A model generated the notes under the pieces. That model had not been told where the DNA came from. It did not search any database and worked only from the letters and a program-made list of their open reading frames with translations. The position numbers were made by a program, and so were the translations under genes. From the NCBI GenBank assembly GCA_052033095.1, contig JBPGZF010000002.1, positions 27,597 through 91,596 on the forward strand: DNA of 64,000 nt, written 5' to 3'. Source of the stretch: Collinsella sp. GTDB taxonomy: Bacteria; Actinomycetota; Coriobacteriia; Coriobacteriales; Coriobacteriaceae. Of this stretch, positions 19,699-29,716 are shown piece by piece; within the stretch, counting starts at the first letter, position 1, and each line of letters opens with the position of its first letter.

Positions 19699-19862
19699 GC
19701 CGCAGGCTATAATAGCAAAACGGCGCGCCGCCACAAAAGCAGCACGCCGTTATGTAATGCGCGTGTCATATATGCAGGGTCAACGGTGCCTTATTCCGAA
19801 CACCGCGGTCGCGCAGGGCTCCGCAGCAACCGCCATCAGGCCCTACGCTCCCGGCGCAAGCC

Positions 19863-22316
19863 CTAGCCGCGGACCTCGCCGTTTACGCCCTTGCACACCT
19901 TGGTGACAATCTTCTGGTGCGCCTTCTCGACCTCTTCGCTGGTGAGCGTGTGGTCGTCGGAGCGATACGTAAGCGCAAAGGCCATGGACTTCTTGCCCGC
20001 TCCGATGCGGATGGGATCGCGGTAGACATCGAACAGGCGTACGCCCTCGAGCAGCTTGCCGCCGGCGCTGGTAATACGGCGCTCAAGATCCTCGCAGGTC
20101 ACAGCGTTGTCGACCACGATAGCAAGGTCATGCTCAACAGCCGGGTACTGCGAGAACTCGCGGTAGTTCTCCTGATTGCGGGCGCCCTTGATCAGCTTGT
20201 CCAGATCGAGCTCAAAGGCAACGACGACCTCATCGATGCCCATCGCCTCGCGCGCCTCGGGGTGAATCTCGCCAACCCAGCCCAGCACGGTGCCGCCGGA
20301 CAGAACCTCGGCCGCACGACCCGGCTGCAAGAAAGCGTAGCCCTCGCCCTCGACGGGACGGAAGCGAACCTTCTCGATGCGCAGCTGGGCGAGCAGCTCC
20401 TCGACAATGCCCTTGCCAAAGAAGAAGCGCAGCTTGCGGTACTTCATGTTCCAGGACTGCTCGCTCCACTGGCCCGAGAGCACACCCGCCACGGACTTGG
20501 TCTCCTTGGGCAGGCTGGCATTCTCGCGGCCGTGGAACAGGCTGCCGACCTCGTACAGGTGCACGTTGGGCGTGCCGTGGGCCTCGTTGTAGGCAACGGA
20601 CTGCAGCAGGCCCGGCAGCAGCGAGCGGCGCATCTCGGTCTGCTCGGCAACCAGCGGGTTCATGAGCACCACGGGGCAACCGCGGCCCTCGGTGGACATA
20701 CCGATCTTCTCCAGGTCGCCCGGGGCGGCAAAGCCAAAAGTCGTGGTCTCGTTGAGACCGCAGGCGCGCAGGATCTCACCGACCTTACGGGTGAGCTTCT
20801 GCTCGCGGGTCAGACCGCCAATATGGTTCTTGGCAGCCGGGATGGTCGCCGTCACGCGGCCCATGCCCCACAGGCGCAGAACCTCCTCGATTAGGTCGAT
20901 CTCGCGCGGCAGGTCGGGACGGAAGCTCGGCGGGGTGACCATAAAGTCCTCGCCGTCGCGCTCGACGGTGCAGCCCAGACGGGTGAGCGAACGCTCGATA
21001 AAGTCGGGCTCGATGTCGGCACCGCAGATGGCATGCACGCGGGCCAGGCGCAGCTTGATGCTGTCGATGGTCTTGGGCGCGGGGAAAACGTCAACATAGC
21101 CAGGAGCAACCTCGCCGCCGGCGATCTCCTCGATGAGCGCACAGGTAACGTTGGCGACATCCACGCAGCCGGTCTCGTCGACCTGGCGCTCAAAGCGAAT
21201 GGAGGCGTCGGAGATCAGCGACAGATCACGGCTGGTGTGCGAGGTGCGACCGGCGTTGAAGCAGGCGCTCTCGACCATCACGTCGACGGTGTCGTCCTCG
21301 ATCTCGGAATCCATGCCGCCCATAACGCCAGCCAGCGCCACGGGGCGCTCGCCGTCGGTGATGAGACCCATGCCGGCGTCGAGCGTGCGTTCCTCGCCAT
21401 CGAGCGTCGTGAACTTCTCATCCTGCTGGGCAGCGCGAACCACCACGCGGCGACGGCCCCCGCGCTCGGCAAAGGTGTCCAGGTCAAAGGCGTGCAGCGG
21501 CTGACCGGTGAGCATCATCACGTAGTTGGTGATGTCGACGATGTTGTTGTGCGGGCGCACGCCCAGGGCGTTGAGGCGCTTGACCATCCAGTCGGGCGAC
21601 GGACCGACCTTCACGTTACGCACGATGCGGGCGACGTAGCGGTCGCACAGACCCTCGTCGGCGATCTCGACGGAAAGCTCGTCGTCGGTCGCGCGGCCGG
21701 TCTCGGCCTTGATGGCAGGCAGCTCAACGTGGAAATCGCGGTCGAAGATGGCGCCGGTCTCGCGGGCCATGCCGATCATGGACAGGCAGTCGTGACGGTT
21801 GGGCGTGATCTCGCAGTCGAGCACGGTGTCGCTCGAGCCCACGTACTCGGCAAACGGCATGCCGCAGGGCGTATCCTCGGGCAGGATCATGATGCCGGAG
21901 TGGTCGCCGCCCAGGCCGAGCTCGCGCGCGGAGCAGTTCATGCCCATGGACACGACGCCGCGAAGCTTGCTCTTCTTGATCTTGACGTCGCCGGGAAGCA
22001 CGGCGCCGATCATGGCCGTGACGATGTGGTCGCCGGCCTCGAAGTTCTGCGCGCCACAGACGATCTGCAGCGGAGCGGGGTTGCCGTCGGCGTCGAGATT
22101 CTTGTCGCCCACATCGACCGAGCACACATACATGTGGTCGCTATCGGGGTGCGGGGTCTTGGTGAGCACCTTGGCGGTCACCACGTGGTCGAAGGACTCG
22201 CCCACGGTGTCGATCGCCTCGACCTCGGTGCCGGTACGGATATATTCGTCCGAAAGGGTCTTGGGATCCTCCGGAATATCGATCATGGTCTTGAGCCAGT
22301 CGTAAGAAACGCGCAT
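19863..22316 (-). CDS. pheT: Phenylalanyl-tRNA synthetase beta subunit
   Basis: QIVCGAQN, ITPNRHD, GQPLHAFD, DLIEEV, and C-terminal FDX-ACB domain (LFDVY...KKSMAF). Confidence 0.97.
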   Translation of the reverse strand: MRVSYDWLKTMIDIPEDPKTLSDEYIRTGTEVEAIDTVGESFDHVVTAKVLTKTPHPDSDHMYVCSVDVGDKNLDADGNPAPLQIVCGAQNFEAGDHIVTAMIGAVLPGDVKIKKSKLRGVVSMGMNCSARELGLGGDHSGIMILPEDTPCGMPFAEYVGSSDTVLDCEITPNRHDCLSMIGMARETGAIFDRDFHVELPAIKAETGRATDDELSVEIADEGLCDRYVARIVRNVKVGPSPDWMVKRLNALGVRPHNNIVDITNYVMMLTGQPLHAFDLDTFAERGGRRRVVVRAAQQDEKFTTLDGEERTLDAGMGLITDGERPVALAGVMGGMDSEIEDDTVDVMVESACFNAGRTSHTSRDLSLISDASIRFERQVDETGCVDVANVTCALIEEIAGGEVAPGYVDVFPAPKTIDSIKLRLARVHAICGADIEPDFIERSLTRLGCTVERDGEDFMVTPPSFRPDLPREIDLIEEVLRLWGMGRVTATIPAAKNHIGGLTREQKLTRKVGEILRACGLNETTTFGFAAPGDLEKIGMSTEGRGCPVVLMNPLVAEQTEMRRSLLPGLLQSVAYNEAHGTPNVHLYEVGSLFHGRENASLPKETKSVAGVLSGQWSEQSWNMKYRKLRFFFGKGIVEELLAQLRIEKVRFRPVEGEGYAFLQPGRAAEVLSGGTVLGWVGEIHPEAREAMGIDEVVVAFELDLDKLIKGARNQENYREFSQYPAVEHDLAIVVDNAVTCEDLERRITSAGGKLLEGVRLFDVYRDPIRIGAGKKSMAFALTYRSDDHTLTSEEVEKAHQKIVTKVCKGVNGEVRG

Positions 22317-22375
22317 GTAGCTCTCCTAGTTCTTAATCTCCGCAAAGGGAGGAATATCAAATGAAGACGTCGCCT

Positions 22376-22480
22376 TAGGGTTGTCCAGGTGCCCCAGGTT
22401 GGCGTGAAAGAGAAGCGACGCGTACTAAAGGTACGCGAGCGACGGTTTGAACGCCAAGATGGGGTGCCTGGGCAAGCCTA
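22376..22480. repeat. Palindromic element between pheS and pheT
   Basis: ttgtccaggtgcccca/tggggtgcctgggcaa, ttggcgt/acgccaa, and cgcgtac-taaag-gtacgcg. Confidence 0.6.
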
Positions 22481-23554
22481 GAACTGATTCAGGAAACGCA
22501 TATCGCCTGTCATGAGAGTTCGCAGGTCGGGCAGGTCGTAGCGCAGGGCCGCGACGCGCTCGGCGCCAATACCAAAGGCAAAGCCGGTGTACTTCTCGGG
22601 GTCGATGCCGCAGTTGATCAGGACGTTGGGGTCAACCATGCCGCAGCCCAGGATCTCGATCCAGCCGCTATGCTTGCAGAAGTTGCAGCCCTTGCCGCCG
22701 CACACGTGGCAGCTCACGTCCACCTCGCAGCTAGGCTCGGTGAAGGGGAAGAAGTGCGGGCGGTAACGCGTCTTGCGATCCTCGCCAAACATGCACTTAA
22801 CAAAGTAGTCGAGCGTGCCCTTGAGGTCGCCAAAGGTGATGCCCTCGTCAACGACCAGGCCCTCGATCTGATTGAACTGCGGCAGGTGGCAGGCGTCGGC
22901 CGTGTCGGGACGATAGACGGTGCCCGGGCAGATCATGTAGATGGGCGGCTTCTGCGACTCCATAGTGTGGATCTGCACGCCCGAAGTCTGGGTGCGCAGC
23001 AGCACGTCGGACTCGCCGTGGGCGTGAGCCTCGGGGTGCGCGACGCTGCCGGGGTTGTTGTCGACCACGTAGAAGGTATCGCGGGCCGAGCGGCTCGGGT
23101 GATCCATGGGGGCGTTGAGCGCGGTGAAGTTGTAGTAGGAGGTGTCGACCATGGGGCCGGACTCGACGGTGTAGCCGATGCCGCAGAAGATGTCCTCGGC
23201 CTCCTCGATAATCTGCTTGATCAGGTGCTGATGGCCGATCTGCGGACGGATGCCCGGCAGCGTGATGTCGACGGCGTCGTGCTCCAGTGCGCGCTTGAGG
23301 GCGGCGGCCTTCATCTCGGTGTTGCGCTCGTCGAGCATGCCCTCAATCAGCTGGCGCATCTCGTTGGCGCGCTTGCCCATCACGGGACGATCCTCGGGGG
23401 CGAGCTTGCCCATCATGCGCATCAGGCCGGTGATGCGGCCCTTGCGGCCGAGCAGCTCAACGCGCGCAGCCTCGAGCTTGGCTGCGTCGTCGGCGCCTGC
23501 GACGAGCTCCTTGGCCTCTTCCTCGAGTTTGACCAGATCATCAATCAGACTCAT
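22478..23554 (-). CDS. pheS: Phenylalanyl-tRNA synthetase alpha subunit
   Basis: LLRTQTSG, FPFTEPS, WIEILGCGMV, GFAFGIG. Confidence 0.97.
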   Translation of the reverse strand: MSLIDDLVKLEEEAKELVAGADDAAKLEAARVELLGRKGRITGLMRMMGKLAPEDRPVMGKRANEMRQLIEGMLDERNTEMKAAALKRALEHDAVDITLPGIRPQIGHQHLIKQIIEEAEDIFCGIGYTVESGPMVDTSYYNFTALNAPMDHPSRSARDTFYVVDNNPGSVAHPEAHAHGESDVLLRTQTSGVQIHTMESQKPPIYMICPGTVYRPDTADACHLPQFNQIEGLVVDEGITFGDLKGTLDYFVKCMFGEDRKTRYRPHFFPFTEPSCEVDVSCHVCGGKGCNFCKHSGWIEILGCGMVDPNVLINCGIDPEKYTGFAFGIGAERVAALRYDLPDLRTLMTGDMRFLNQF

Positions 23555-23639
23555 GTCTTCCCTTTCGTCTCTCGCGCTCTCCGTTTGCCGAGGCGGCTGC
23601 CGCCGTCTGGCGTTGTGAAAACGCGGCCCGGTTCGGTAA

Positions 23640-23922
23640 TAAAAAAACCGTCCTCGGGCGTGTGCATTGCCCAAGGACGGTTGAATTCCGCGGTACCACC
23701 TTGTTTGACCCGGCGGATGTCTGGCCCGCCGTGCCCACTCTGCGCCCCTTATCGCGAGGCTCACGGCTTCCCTACTGGGGCTTCGCCGCCGCTAGCCGCG
23801 CGCCCGTTGAGGTCGCTGCTCGGGAGTGAACGCTTGGCCCTTGCCACCGCAGGAAGGCTTGCAGCCCATGACCTTCCCTCTCTTGCCGGCGACGCGGCGG
23901 GCAAAACCCTCTCCGTCAACGC
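23640..23922 (-). promoter_or_regulatory. T-box riboswitch (Phe, UUC specifier) with terminator
   Basis: AGAG/GCTG stem-I motifs, specifier TTC at 23828-23830, T-box AAGGTGGTACCGCG, terminator accgtccttgggc/gcccgaggacggt followed by a T-run. Confidence 0.92.
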
Positions 23923-24059
23923 ATTGGGCTACAGGATACCACATTGTGTGGGCGTATCGCCGCGTTCCGTTTTGTTCGTGCTGGGTACAAGGCAGGTAGC
24001 TGTGCAAACTGGCCGCGCGCCCACCCGAGGCGCTCGGCTCACGAGATCAAGGATATGGT

Positions 24060-25634
24060 ATGGGAAAGAAAATCGATAAGAAGGTCGAGCCTGCAGCGGG
24101 CAAGACATCCAAAGGCATGAAGGTCGATAAGGCCGTCAAAAAATTCCGCAAGCTCGAGGGCAAACTGTGGACCCGCGAGTACCTGCTCAAGATTGCCGAG
24201 TTTGACGGCGCGACCATTGCCCCCGCCAACGGCGCCGCAGCGCGCGCCGATGCCATGGGCACCCTTGCCGGTGAACATCACAAGCTGCTGACCAGCGAGA
24301 AGTCCGTTGAGCTCGTACGCTCGCTGGCACGCGAGACCGTCGCCGGAGGCAAGATCGACGACCCGCAGCTGCTCGACGAGATCCGTGTGCTCGGCCGCGA
24401 CCAGCGCGAGGCAAGCGTCATCCCCACCGAGGAGGCCGAGGCTTGGACCAGGCTCACCTGCGAGGCAGACGCCGTGTGGCACAAGGCCAAGACGGCCAAT
24501 GACTGGGCGAGTTTTGAGCCCTATGTGGATAGAATCGTCGCCCAACTTAAGCATCAGGCCGAGCTCATGGACCCCAAGCGCGACCCATACGACGTTTGGC
24601 TCGACCAGTACGAGCGCGGCCTTTCCACCAAGAGCTTCGACGCGTTTTGCGATGAGGTCAAGGCGACGGTCGTGCCGCTCGTGCACGCCATCGGCGAGCG
24701 CGGCCAGCAGCCCGCTGCCGACTTTTTGCACGCCCGCGTGCCCGAGGCCGCCCAGCGCGCCATGAGCTTCGACCTTATGAAGCTCGTCGGCCTGGACCTG
24801 AACGACACCACGCTTGCCTTTACCGAGCACCCGTTTAGCGAGGGCTTTGCCGTGGGCGACGCGCGCATCGCGACGCACATCTACGAGGACGACTGCATCT
24901 CCAACGTCTACAGCATCATCCACGAGGCGGGCCACGCCATGTACGAGCTGGGCGTCAATCCTGCCTATGCGCGCACCTGTCTTGAAGGTGGCACCTCCAT
25001 GGGCATCCACGAGAGCCAGAGCCGCTTTTTCGAGAACACCGTGGGCCGCAGCCGCGCCTTTATGGGCCCGCTGCTTGAGGTACTGCGCCGCCACGCGCCC
25101 GAGGTCTACGGCAACGTGGACGAGGACACGCTCTACCGCGCCGTGAACATCGCGCAGCCGTCGTTGATCCGCACCGAGGCCGACGAGCTCACCTACCCGC
25201 TGCATATTATGGTGCGCTACCAGATCGAGCGTATGCTGTTTGCCGGCGAGGCCACGGCCAAGGATATCCCCGCGCTTTGGAACCGCTTTATGGACGAATA
25301 CCTGGGCATTCCCGTTCCTGACGACACGCGCGGCTGTCTGCAGGATACGCACTGGAGCGGCGGCTCGTTTGGCTACTTCCCCACGTATGCGCTGGGTAGC
25401 GCCTACGACGCCATGTTTGTGCCGGCCATGTGCCGCGACGGCGTCGACCTTACCGGTGCCTGCGCGAGCGGCGATCTAGCGCCCGTCCGTGCCTGGCTGG
25501 GCGAGCACATTTGGCAGTGGGGCCGCGCCAAGGACGCGCCGGAGCTCGTCAAGGGCGCATGCGGCATGGACTTTGACGCCCGCTACTACTGCAGCTACCT
25601 GCAGGACAAGTTCACCACGCTCTACGAGCTGTAA
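24060..25634 (+). CDS. M32 carboxypeptidase (Taq-like)
   Basis: HPF, HEAGH, HESQS, IRTEADE, QDTHW, GYFPTYALG. Confidence 0.95.
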   Translation: MGKKIDKKVEPAAGKTSKGMKVDKAVKKFRKLEGKLWTREYLLKIAEFDGATIAPANGAAARADAMGTLAGEHHKLLTSEKSVELVRSLARETVAGGKIDDPQLLDEIRVLGRDQREASVIPTEEAEAWTRLTCEADAVWHKAKTANDWASFEPYVDRIVAQLKHQAELMDPKRDPYDVWLDQYERGLSTKSFDAFCDEVKATVVPLVHAIGERGQQPAADFLHARVPEAAQRAMSFDLMKLVGLDLNDTTLAFTEHPFSEGFAVGDARIATHIYEDDCISNVYSIIHEAGHAMYELGVNPAYARTCLEGGTSMGIHESQSRFFENTVGRSRAFMGPLLEVLRRHAPEVYGNVDEDTLYRAVNIAQPSLIRTEADELTYPLHIMVRYQIERMLFAGEATAKDIPALWNRFMDEYLGIPVPDDTRGCLQDTHWSGGSFGYFPTYALGSAYDAMFVPAMCRDGVDLTGACASGDLAPVRAWLGEHIWQWGRAKDAPELVKGACGMDFDARYYCSYLQDKFTTLYEL

Positions 25635-25679
25635 GGATTGACCAGCACGCCATCGCCAACGCCAACTATGTTGACGCCA

Positions 25680-25841
25680 ATGTCTTGGCAACGTCAGCGA
25701 AAACGCCCCTAAGCGAGCAAGGTGACGTGAAATGAAAGGGCGCTGACCTTCTGGTCGCGCCCTTGAAATTGAACGTCAGATTGCCGCTTAGGGGCGTTTG
25801 CAGCGTCGAGCAGTTACGCGGTTTGGTAAAACCGCGTAACT
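25680..25841. ncRNA. Candidate structured RNA/DNA element, copy A
   Basis: Homologous to 57791-57951 with compensatory changes in several helices. Confidence 0.6.
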
Positions 25842-27171
25842 ACAGAGCCCCGAGTGCGTTGGCGATGCGCTTCATGGCGGCATCGGCGGATGCTTGGTCG
25901 GGCGCCTCGGCCAGCACGCGGATAACCGACTCGGTTCCGCTCTTGCGCACGAGCACGCGGCCCTCGCCTGCCAGCGCAGCCTCGGCCTCGGCGATGGCGT
26001 TCTGCACGCCCATGTTCTCGAGCGCGGCGTCCTTATCCGCTACGCGCACGGCCACCTGCGCCTGCGGTAGCAGCTTGCACGGAGCCGTGAGCTGCGAGAG
26101 CGTCTCGCGCTCGGCGCGGATCACTTCCATCACGCGCAGCGAGGTCATAATGCCGTCGCCCGTGCGCTCGATATCGCCAAAGATCGTATGGCCCGTCTGC
26201 TCGCCGCCCAGACTGTAACCGCCCTCGCGCATCTTGGCATACACGTGACGGTCGCCCACACCGCTGGTCACGGCACTTAGGCCGGCAAGCTCCAACGACT
26301 TGATCAGGCCAAAGTTGCTGGCAATCGTCGGAACCACGGTACCGCCCGAAAGGCGACCGTGCTTGTTCAGGTACACGCCGCACACGTACAGGATCTGGTC
26401 GCCATCGACCACGCGGCCGCGCTCGTCCACGGCCAGGCAGCGGTCGGCATCGCCGTCGTAGGCAAAGCCCACGTCCAGGCCCTGCTCCACCACGTGGCGC
26501 TGCAGACGCTCCATATGCGTGGAGCCGCAGTCGACGTTGATGTTAAAACCATCAGGCGCGGCATTGATCACGCGCACGTCGGCGCCCAGCGCGTCGAACA
26601 CCGGCTTGGCCACCGAGGACGCCGAGCCGTTGGCGCAGTCGATGCCGATCTTGACGCCCTGCAGCGAAAAGTTCGCGCTGGCGATGAGCGAGGCAATGTA
26701 GCGGTTGCGGCCCTGCATGTAGTCCACCGTGGCGCCGATGTGGTTGCCCGTGGCCAGCGGCACCTCGCTCTTGCCATCGACGTAGTCCTCGATGAGCTCC
26801 AGTACGTCCTCGTCCATCTTAAAACCGTCGCTATTGACGAGCTTAATGCCGTTATCGCAAAACGGGTTGTGGCTCGCGCTGATCATGATGCCGCAATCGA
26901 AGCAGCCTTCCACGGTCTGATGTGCTACGCCCGGCGTGGGGATCACGTGCAGCATATAGGCGTCCGCACCGCTCGCGACCAGGCCACTCACCAGCGCCGC
27001 CTCGAACATATAACTCGAGCGACGCGTGTCCTTACCCACGATGACGCGCGCCTTGCGCTCGCGGTTGGCGCCGTAATACCAGCCCACAAAACGGCCAATC
27101 TTATAAGCGTGCTCTACCGTCAGCCCAACGTTAGCCTCACCGCGAAAGCCGTCGGTGCCAAAGTACTTCAT
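25840..27171 (-). CDS. glmM: Phosphoglucosamine mutase
   Basis: YFGTDG, SASHNP, DGDADR, GGEQTGH, RKSGTE. Confidence 0.95.
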   Translation of the reverse strand: MKYFGTDGFRGEANVGLTVEHAYKIGRFVGWYYGANRERKARVIVGKDTRRSSYMFEAALVSGLVASGADAYMLHVIPTPGVAHQTVEGCFDCGIMISASHNPFCDNGIKLVNSDGFKMDEDVLELIEDYVDGKSEVPLATGNHIGATVDYMQGRNRYIASLIASANFSLQGVKIGIDCANGSASSVAKPVFDALGADVRVINAAPDGFNINVDCGSTHMERLQRHVVEQGLDVGFAYDGDADRCLAVDERGRVVDGDQILYVCGVYLNKHGRLSGGTVVPTIASNFGLIKSLELAGLSAVTSGVGDRHVYAKMREGGYSLGGEQTGHTIFGDIERTGDGIMTSLRVMEVIRAERETLSQLTAPCKLLPQAQVAVRVADKDAALENMGVQNAIAEAEAALAGEGRVLVRKSGTESVIRVLAEAPDQASADAAMKRIANALGAL

Positions 27172-27189
27172 GCGCTCTCCTTACAAAAT

Positions 27190-27220
27190 AGGGGCGAACA
27201 GATTGCCTGTCCGCCCCAAA
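27190..27220 (-). terminator. Hairpin/terminator upstream of glmM
   Basis: ggggcgaacag/ctgtccgcccc stem. Confidence 0.5.
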
Positions 27221-27254
27221 ATGGTACTCGATTATCTGCGCTACCAGAAAAACC

Positions 27255-29567
27255 CTACGCCGACGCGCTGTCGCGAGCCGCCTGGCATGTAGGAGTCTGA
27301 CGCAGCGTAAGCGGCTTGTCCCCCGCCTCGGCTGACGTGGTCAGCGTATATGTGATCGTCGTCGTCTCGCCAGCATGCAGGTCAACGGTGCCCGAATAGA
27401 AGGGGATTCCATGCCACGTAGCGGCGCCAAGACCAAACTGGGTGCCCTCGACGGTCAGATCAGTAATGTTGCCGCCCGTCGGGGCAAACAACGAGACATT
27501 CAGACGCTCGTCGTCGCGCGCGGCATCGGGCGCGCTCGCCGCGACGTAGTCGGGCAGCTTGCCGGCCTCCTCCTGCGTCATGATGTTCGTCAGGGTAACG
27601 GTGATGCGATACGAGCATGTGCCGTCACCGTTCTTGATGCCCTGGCCAATCTGCGTATCGGCATTCAGGTACCAGTCGAGCTTGGAGAAGCTCAGGTTGT
27701 TAAAGTAGACACCAGCAACGGGATCTTCACTCGGGTCATCCGGATCGGGCAGCGAGGCGTCGATGTTCATCTCCTTGATAGCGTTCTGCTCGTCATCGTT
27801 TTTCATCCACGCGATCAGGCGGCCCTCTTCGGCACCGCGCTCAACGGCGCTGACAAGCTTCGTAACATCGACATCGCCGATACCGCCAAGGATCTTGTCG
27901 AAGGCAGCGCTGGCGACGGATGCAAAGATGCCGTCCGACTCCTCGACCGGATAGTTCCAGTACACATCGTGCATGAGGACCTTTGCGGCGTTGGTGCCGT
28001 CGACAACCGTTCCGTCGGGCAGCGACACGTTACCGACCAGGCCCAGCAGATACTGCAGGAACACCGGGTCGATACCGATGACGCCATCAACGTCCTGTCC
28101 ATACTGGGACTTCCACAGCGCGGCGACACGCTGCGAGTTGCGGGGCCAATCGGGCGAATACGCGTTACCAGAGTTGTACAGGTTACTGTGGTCGCCAAAC
28201 AGTGCCTCGTCCTCTTCGTCGACGCTCTCAACCGCCTCGTCTTTGCCAAGCGCAATACATGGAACAAACTCGCCAATCGACATCTGGCCGTCGGTGACCG
28301 AAATCAGGCCCTGCGAACCGCCAAAGCCGCCGCAGGCACGAATCTCGACGTTGTTCATGGCGTACATAAGGTAGTTGCGCGTCTGGCCGTTGGCGCCGAG
28401 CATCTGGGGAAGGACGGGGGCGACCTTCTCCGCCGCGTCAACCGCGCCGTTGAGGGTGGCAAAGCCGTCCTTGGCCTTATCGACCAGCTCGGTCACCTGG
28501 GAGATATGAGTATCGCCAATGCCCTGGACCTTCTCGTTGGCGCTCTTGAACACCTTCGAGCTGCTGGAAAGCGAATCGGCAACGGCCTGCAGCGCGGACA
28601 CGTTAATCATGCCGTCCTGGAACAGCTTGCCGGGCGTGGCCTGCGAAAGGTTGTCGGCCATGGGAACCAGCGCGTTGCTCGAGACATCGGACAGGGCATC
28701 AATCATGGTGCGGGCTGCGTTGATGTCACTGCCATACACCGGGATAAACGAAGCCGCCGTCCACAGCGGGCTCGAAGTCTCCGCCTTCATGCTGTCGCAG
28801 AGCTCATCGATCTTCTTCGCGTCGTCAGGCAGCGTCGAAAAATCGCCCGACGTGACCTTGTCCTTAAGGCCACCGACGATCTCGACAGCCTCCTTCGCTT
28901 CGCTCTTTACGGTCTTTGCCGAGTTAAGCAGCATAAAGCCGCTTGCGCCAAGCGCAACGAGAAGCACCGCGACTACAGCGGCAATAATGGCGCCGGTGTG
29001 ACGCTTTTTGCGCTCGCCCTTGCGATGGCGATGACGGACCAGACCGTCAGAGGTCGAACTCGACGAAGCGTCGCTACCGTAGTTCAAGCCAAAATCGTAA
29101 TAATCTTCCTTGGAACCCGAGCCCGCAAACTCGGCACCGCTATCATCCAGGCGGGCGAACGTGCCAGTCTCGGAGGCGCCGGTGTAAATCGTGCCAAGGT
29201 TACCCGTAAGCCCCGCGCCACCGGCAGAGGGAGTATTGTTGGCGGCCTTGTCGGCATTAACGTTGCCGGCGGCATTCGCGGCGTTGGCAGCACCTGCGTT
29301 GTTCGCGGGTACCGAAGGAGCCCCGCTCGGCTGCGACGTGGAGGTTGCACCGCCCGCAAAGACATTCCCTCTTGCGCGGCCGGTCTTTTTTGCCTTTTGA
29401 GACTGCTCGTACAGAGCGGTAAACATCGCCGTCTCGCCCGGGGACACGCGCTTACCGGAACCGCCCTGTCCAGCGCCGCCCGGCGTGCCGGCCTTACCAG
29501 CCCCGTTCGGACGCGGCGGAACTGCAGGACGGCCGCTATCGCTGCCCTTAAAGTGATTACCAGCCAT
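27255..29567 (-). CDS. DUF4012-like membrane-anchored protein
   Basis: Low-complexity N-terminus, single TM, LPQMLG..G.RNY...NNVEIRACGG, SPDWP, VDGVIGIDP, SKLDWY. Confidence 0.8.
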   Translation of the reverse strand: MAGNHFKGSDSGRPAVPPRPNGAGKAGTPGGAGQGGSGKRVSPGETAMFTALYEQSQKAKKTGRARGNVFAGGATSTSQPSGAPSVPANNAGAANAANAAGNVNADKAANNTPSAGGAGLTGNLGTIYTGASETGTFARLDDSGAEFAGSGSKEDYYDFGLNYGSDASSSSTSDGLVRHRHRKGERKKRHTGAIIAAVVAVLLVALGASGFMLLNSAKTVKSEAKEAVEIVGGLKDKVTSGDFSTLPDDAKKIDELCDSMKAETSSPLWTAASFIPVYGSDINAARTMIDALSDVSSNALVPMADNLSQATPGKLFQDGMINVSALQAVADSLSSSSKVFKSANEKVQGIGDTHISQVTELVDKAKDGFATLNGAVDAAEKVAPVLPQMLGANGQTRNYLMYAMNNVEIRACGGFGGSQGLISVTDGQMSIGEFVPCIALGKDEAVESVDEEDEALFGDHSNLYNSGNAYSPDWPRNSQRVAALWKSQYGQDVDGVIGIDPVFLQYLLGLVGNVSLPDGTVVDGTNAAKVLMHDVYWNYPVEESDGIFASVASAAFDKILGGIGDVDVTKLVSAVERGAEEGRLIAWMKNDDEQNAIKEMNIDASLPDPDDPSEDPVAGVYFNNLSFSKLDWYLNADTQIGQGIKNGDGTCSYRITVTLTNIMTQEEAGKLPDYVAASAPDAARDDERLNVSLFAPTGGNITDLTVEGTQFGLGAATWHGIPFYSGTVDLHAGETTTITYTLTTSAEAGDKPLTLRQTPTCQAARDSASA

Positions 29568-29716
29568 AAAGAAATCCTCGCAATTGAGTCGCAATGAAAA
29601 AGTCCATAACGTTACTAGTTTATGGCATTTTGAGCATCGACAGCTAAACTCCAGACACGGACATCAATTGGCGAAAATGCGGCACAACACCTTTTCCGTC
29701 TTGGCAGCGGCGCCAG

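Noticed and set aside
19615..19860. Cobalamin riboswitch upstream of the cbiM-like gene
   Set aside because: No B12-box motifs seen; a NikR-like palindrome is present instead.
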